A stretch of 64,000 nucleotides of DNA from Squalus acanthias. Its lineage: Eukaryota. Made by a program: the position numbers and the translations under genes. Shown piece by piece: positions 62,620-64,000 of this stretch. The notes under the pieces are model-generated. The model did not search any database. It worked only from the letters and a program-made list of their open reading frames with translations, and had not been told where the DNA came from. The stretch covers positions 59,894,001-59,958,000 of the forward strand of contig CM059438.1 of assembly GCA_030390025.1 (NCBI GenBank), in the 5' to 3' direction. Within the stretch, counting starts at the first letter, position 1. Every line of letters starts with the position of its first letter.

Positions 62620-64000
62620 ACAGCCAGTATCATACCTGTGCCCACTCAGGTATGACAGCCACGGAAGACCGACCGTGGATTTAATAGTAGAAGGAAAGAA
62701 AGGGGAATACCTGGTAGATACAGGGGCGTCGCATACCGCGGTCCACGCGAAGGATCCGCGGAGGTCCAATTGGTCGAGCGGCGAACCCTACGTTTTGGGA
62801 GGATTTACAGGAAATACGCTGGTTGGTACGGTATCAAAACCTCTTTGCATACAAGTGGGGCCACTCGAAACAAAGTGGGTGCGCATATTAATGAATTGGG
62901 ACGAGGAGAGAGGAGGTACTGGGATCCGACTGCATGGATGCAAATGGCTTTGTGATAGATCTAGTTAATCACTGTTTAGGGAAGGGCAGTGAAGGACAGG
63001 GCGTTCTGCTGGATGGGCAAGGAAAGGTGTGTGTGGTTTCGGGAAAGGGAGCATACGACTGGGAGGCATTAGTGAAAAGAAGCCCGGAGTAGAGTAAAGC
63101 CATTATAGAGCAGAAGGGGGCGTTTGCCCAACACAAACAGGACTGCGGGAGAATACCAGGAGTAGAGGTGGTAGTAGAGGGAGAAGCTATGAAAACCCCG
63201 CAGAGGCAATATAATTTCCCCAAAGAAGCAGAGAGGGATTTAGAGGTAACGGTAAAGTCCCTCGTGGATCAAGGGGTCTTAAGACCTCTGGCAACACACG
63301 TAAATTCACCCATTTGGCCTGTTAAGAAACCAGATGGATCATGGAGGACGACAATCGATGATAGGGTATTAAATAAGAACATTCCAGCACGTGCCCCAAC
63401 GGTCGCTGCTGTGGCAGAGTTAATTGGCTGTATACCAAGCTCCGCGGAAGCTTACGCTGTGTTGGATATTTCTAATGGGTTTTGGTCTATTCCGATGAGA
63501 AAAGAAGATCAGTACAAATTTTCCTTCACCTTTAAAGGGCAGCAGTACACGTGGACATGTCTGTCACAAGGGTTTCATAATAGTCCGTCAATATTCCATC
63601 AGCAAATGGCTAAGTGTTTCGAAGCGTTCTCCGGCAGGGACAAGCTGATCCAGTATGTGGATGACTTGTTACTATTCACAGAGACTCCTGAGGAACATAT
63701 GGTGTTGCTGGAGGAGTTGTTGTAGCTCCTGATGCGACGCGGGTTGAAGGTAAACCCTAAAAAGGCCCAGATAGGGCAAAAGGAGGTACAATTTTTGGGG
63801 CTCACACTGAGACTGGGAGAGAGAGGCATAGATGAGACAAAAAGGAAAGTTACCGATACCAGAGGATGTTTCGGCTTTAAGATCATTTTTAGGACTGACG
63901 GGATATTGCCGTGAGTTTACAGAAAATTATGCAGGTATAGTTCGACCTTTGTACACATTACCACGGCAGTCAGCCAAATGGGAGTGGACAGAGGAATGTG
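62620..64000 (+). pseudogene. pol: Retroviral pro-pol (protease + RT), disrupted, truncated by window end
   Basis: YLVDTGASHT; PQRQYNFPK, NSPIWPVKKPDGSWR, LDISNGFWSIP, QGFHNSPSIF, YVDDLLL; stops and frameshifts present. Confidence 0.9.

Larger units (their letters stand above)
58950..64000 (+). mobile_element. Endogenous retrovirus internal region (class III/spuma-related or loki-like), decayed, runs off window
   Basis: gag (coiled coil, MHR-like motif, CCHC knuckle), aspartic protease and retroviral RT in order; no 5' LTR recognised. Confidence 0.85.

Overview
Eukaryotic, repeat-only window, most likely from a cartilaginous fish (inferred from an HE1-like V-SINE, SacSINE1-like DeuSINEs and shark-type CR1/L2/Penelope elements). 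No intact host gene is supported. Bases 1-41656 are a head-to-tail satellite of a 45-bp unit (GGCGGTGACACTATAGAGAGAGGCAG[CAC/CGT/AGT]GAACAGTGAGACCAGG, about 920 copies, 200-N gap at 14635-14834). At its right edge it grades into 42/40-bp units and runs directly into the 5' end of a full-length but decayed CR1 LINE (41657-46210). The rest is a mosaic of CR1/L2 fragments, SINEs, two MITE copies and a 5-kb minisatellite (50465-55442). It also holds four palindromic Penelope-derived insertions carrying minimal hammerhead ribozyme motifs, one an ~800-bp near-perfect hairpin. A decayed class III/spuma-related (possibly loki-like) endogenous retrovirus (gag-pro-pol, ~58950 to window end) contains nested CR1, SINE and Penelope insertions. 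The long ORFs in the satellite and minisatellite are repeat artefacts.
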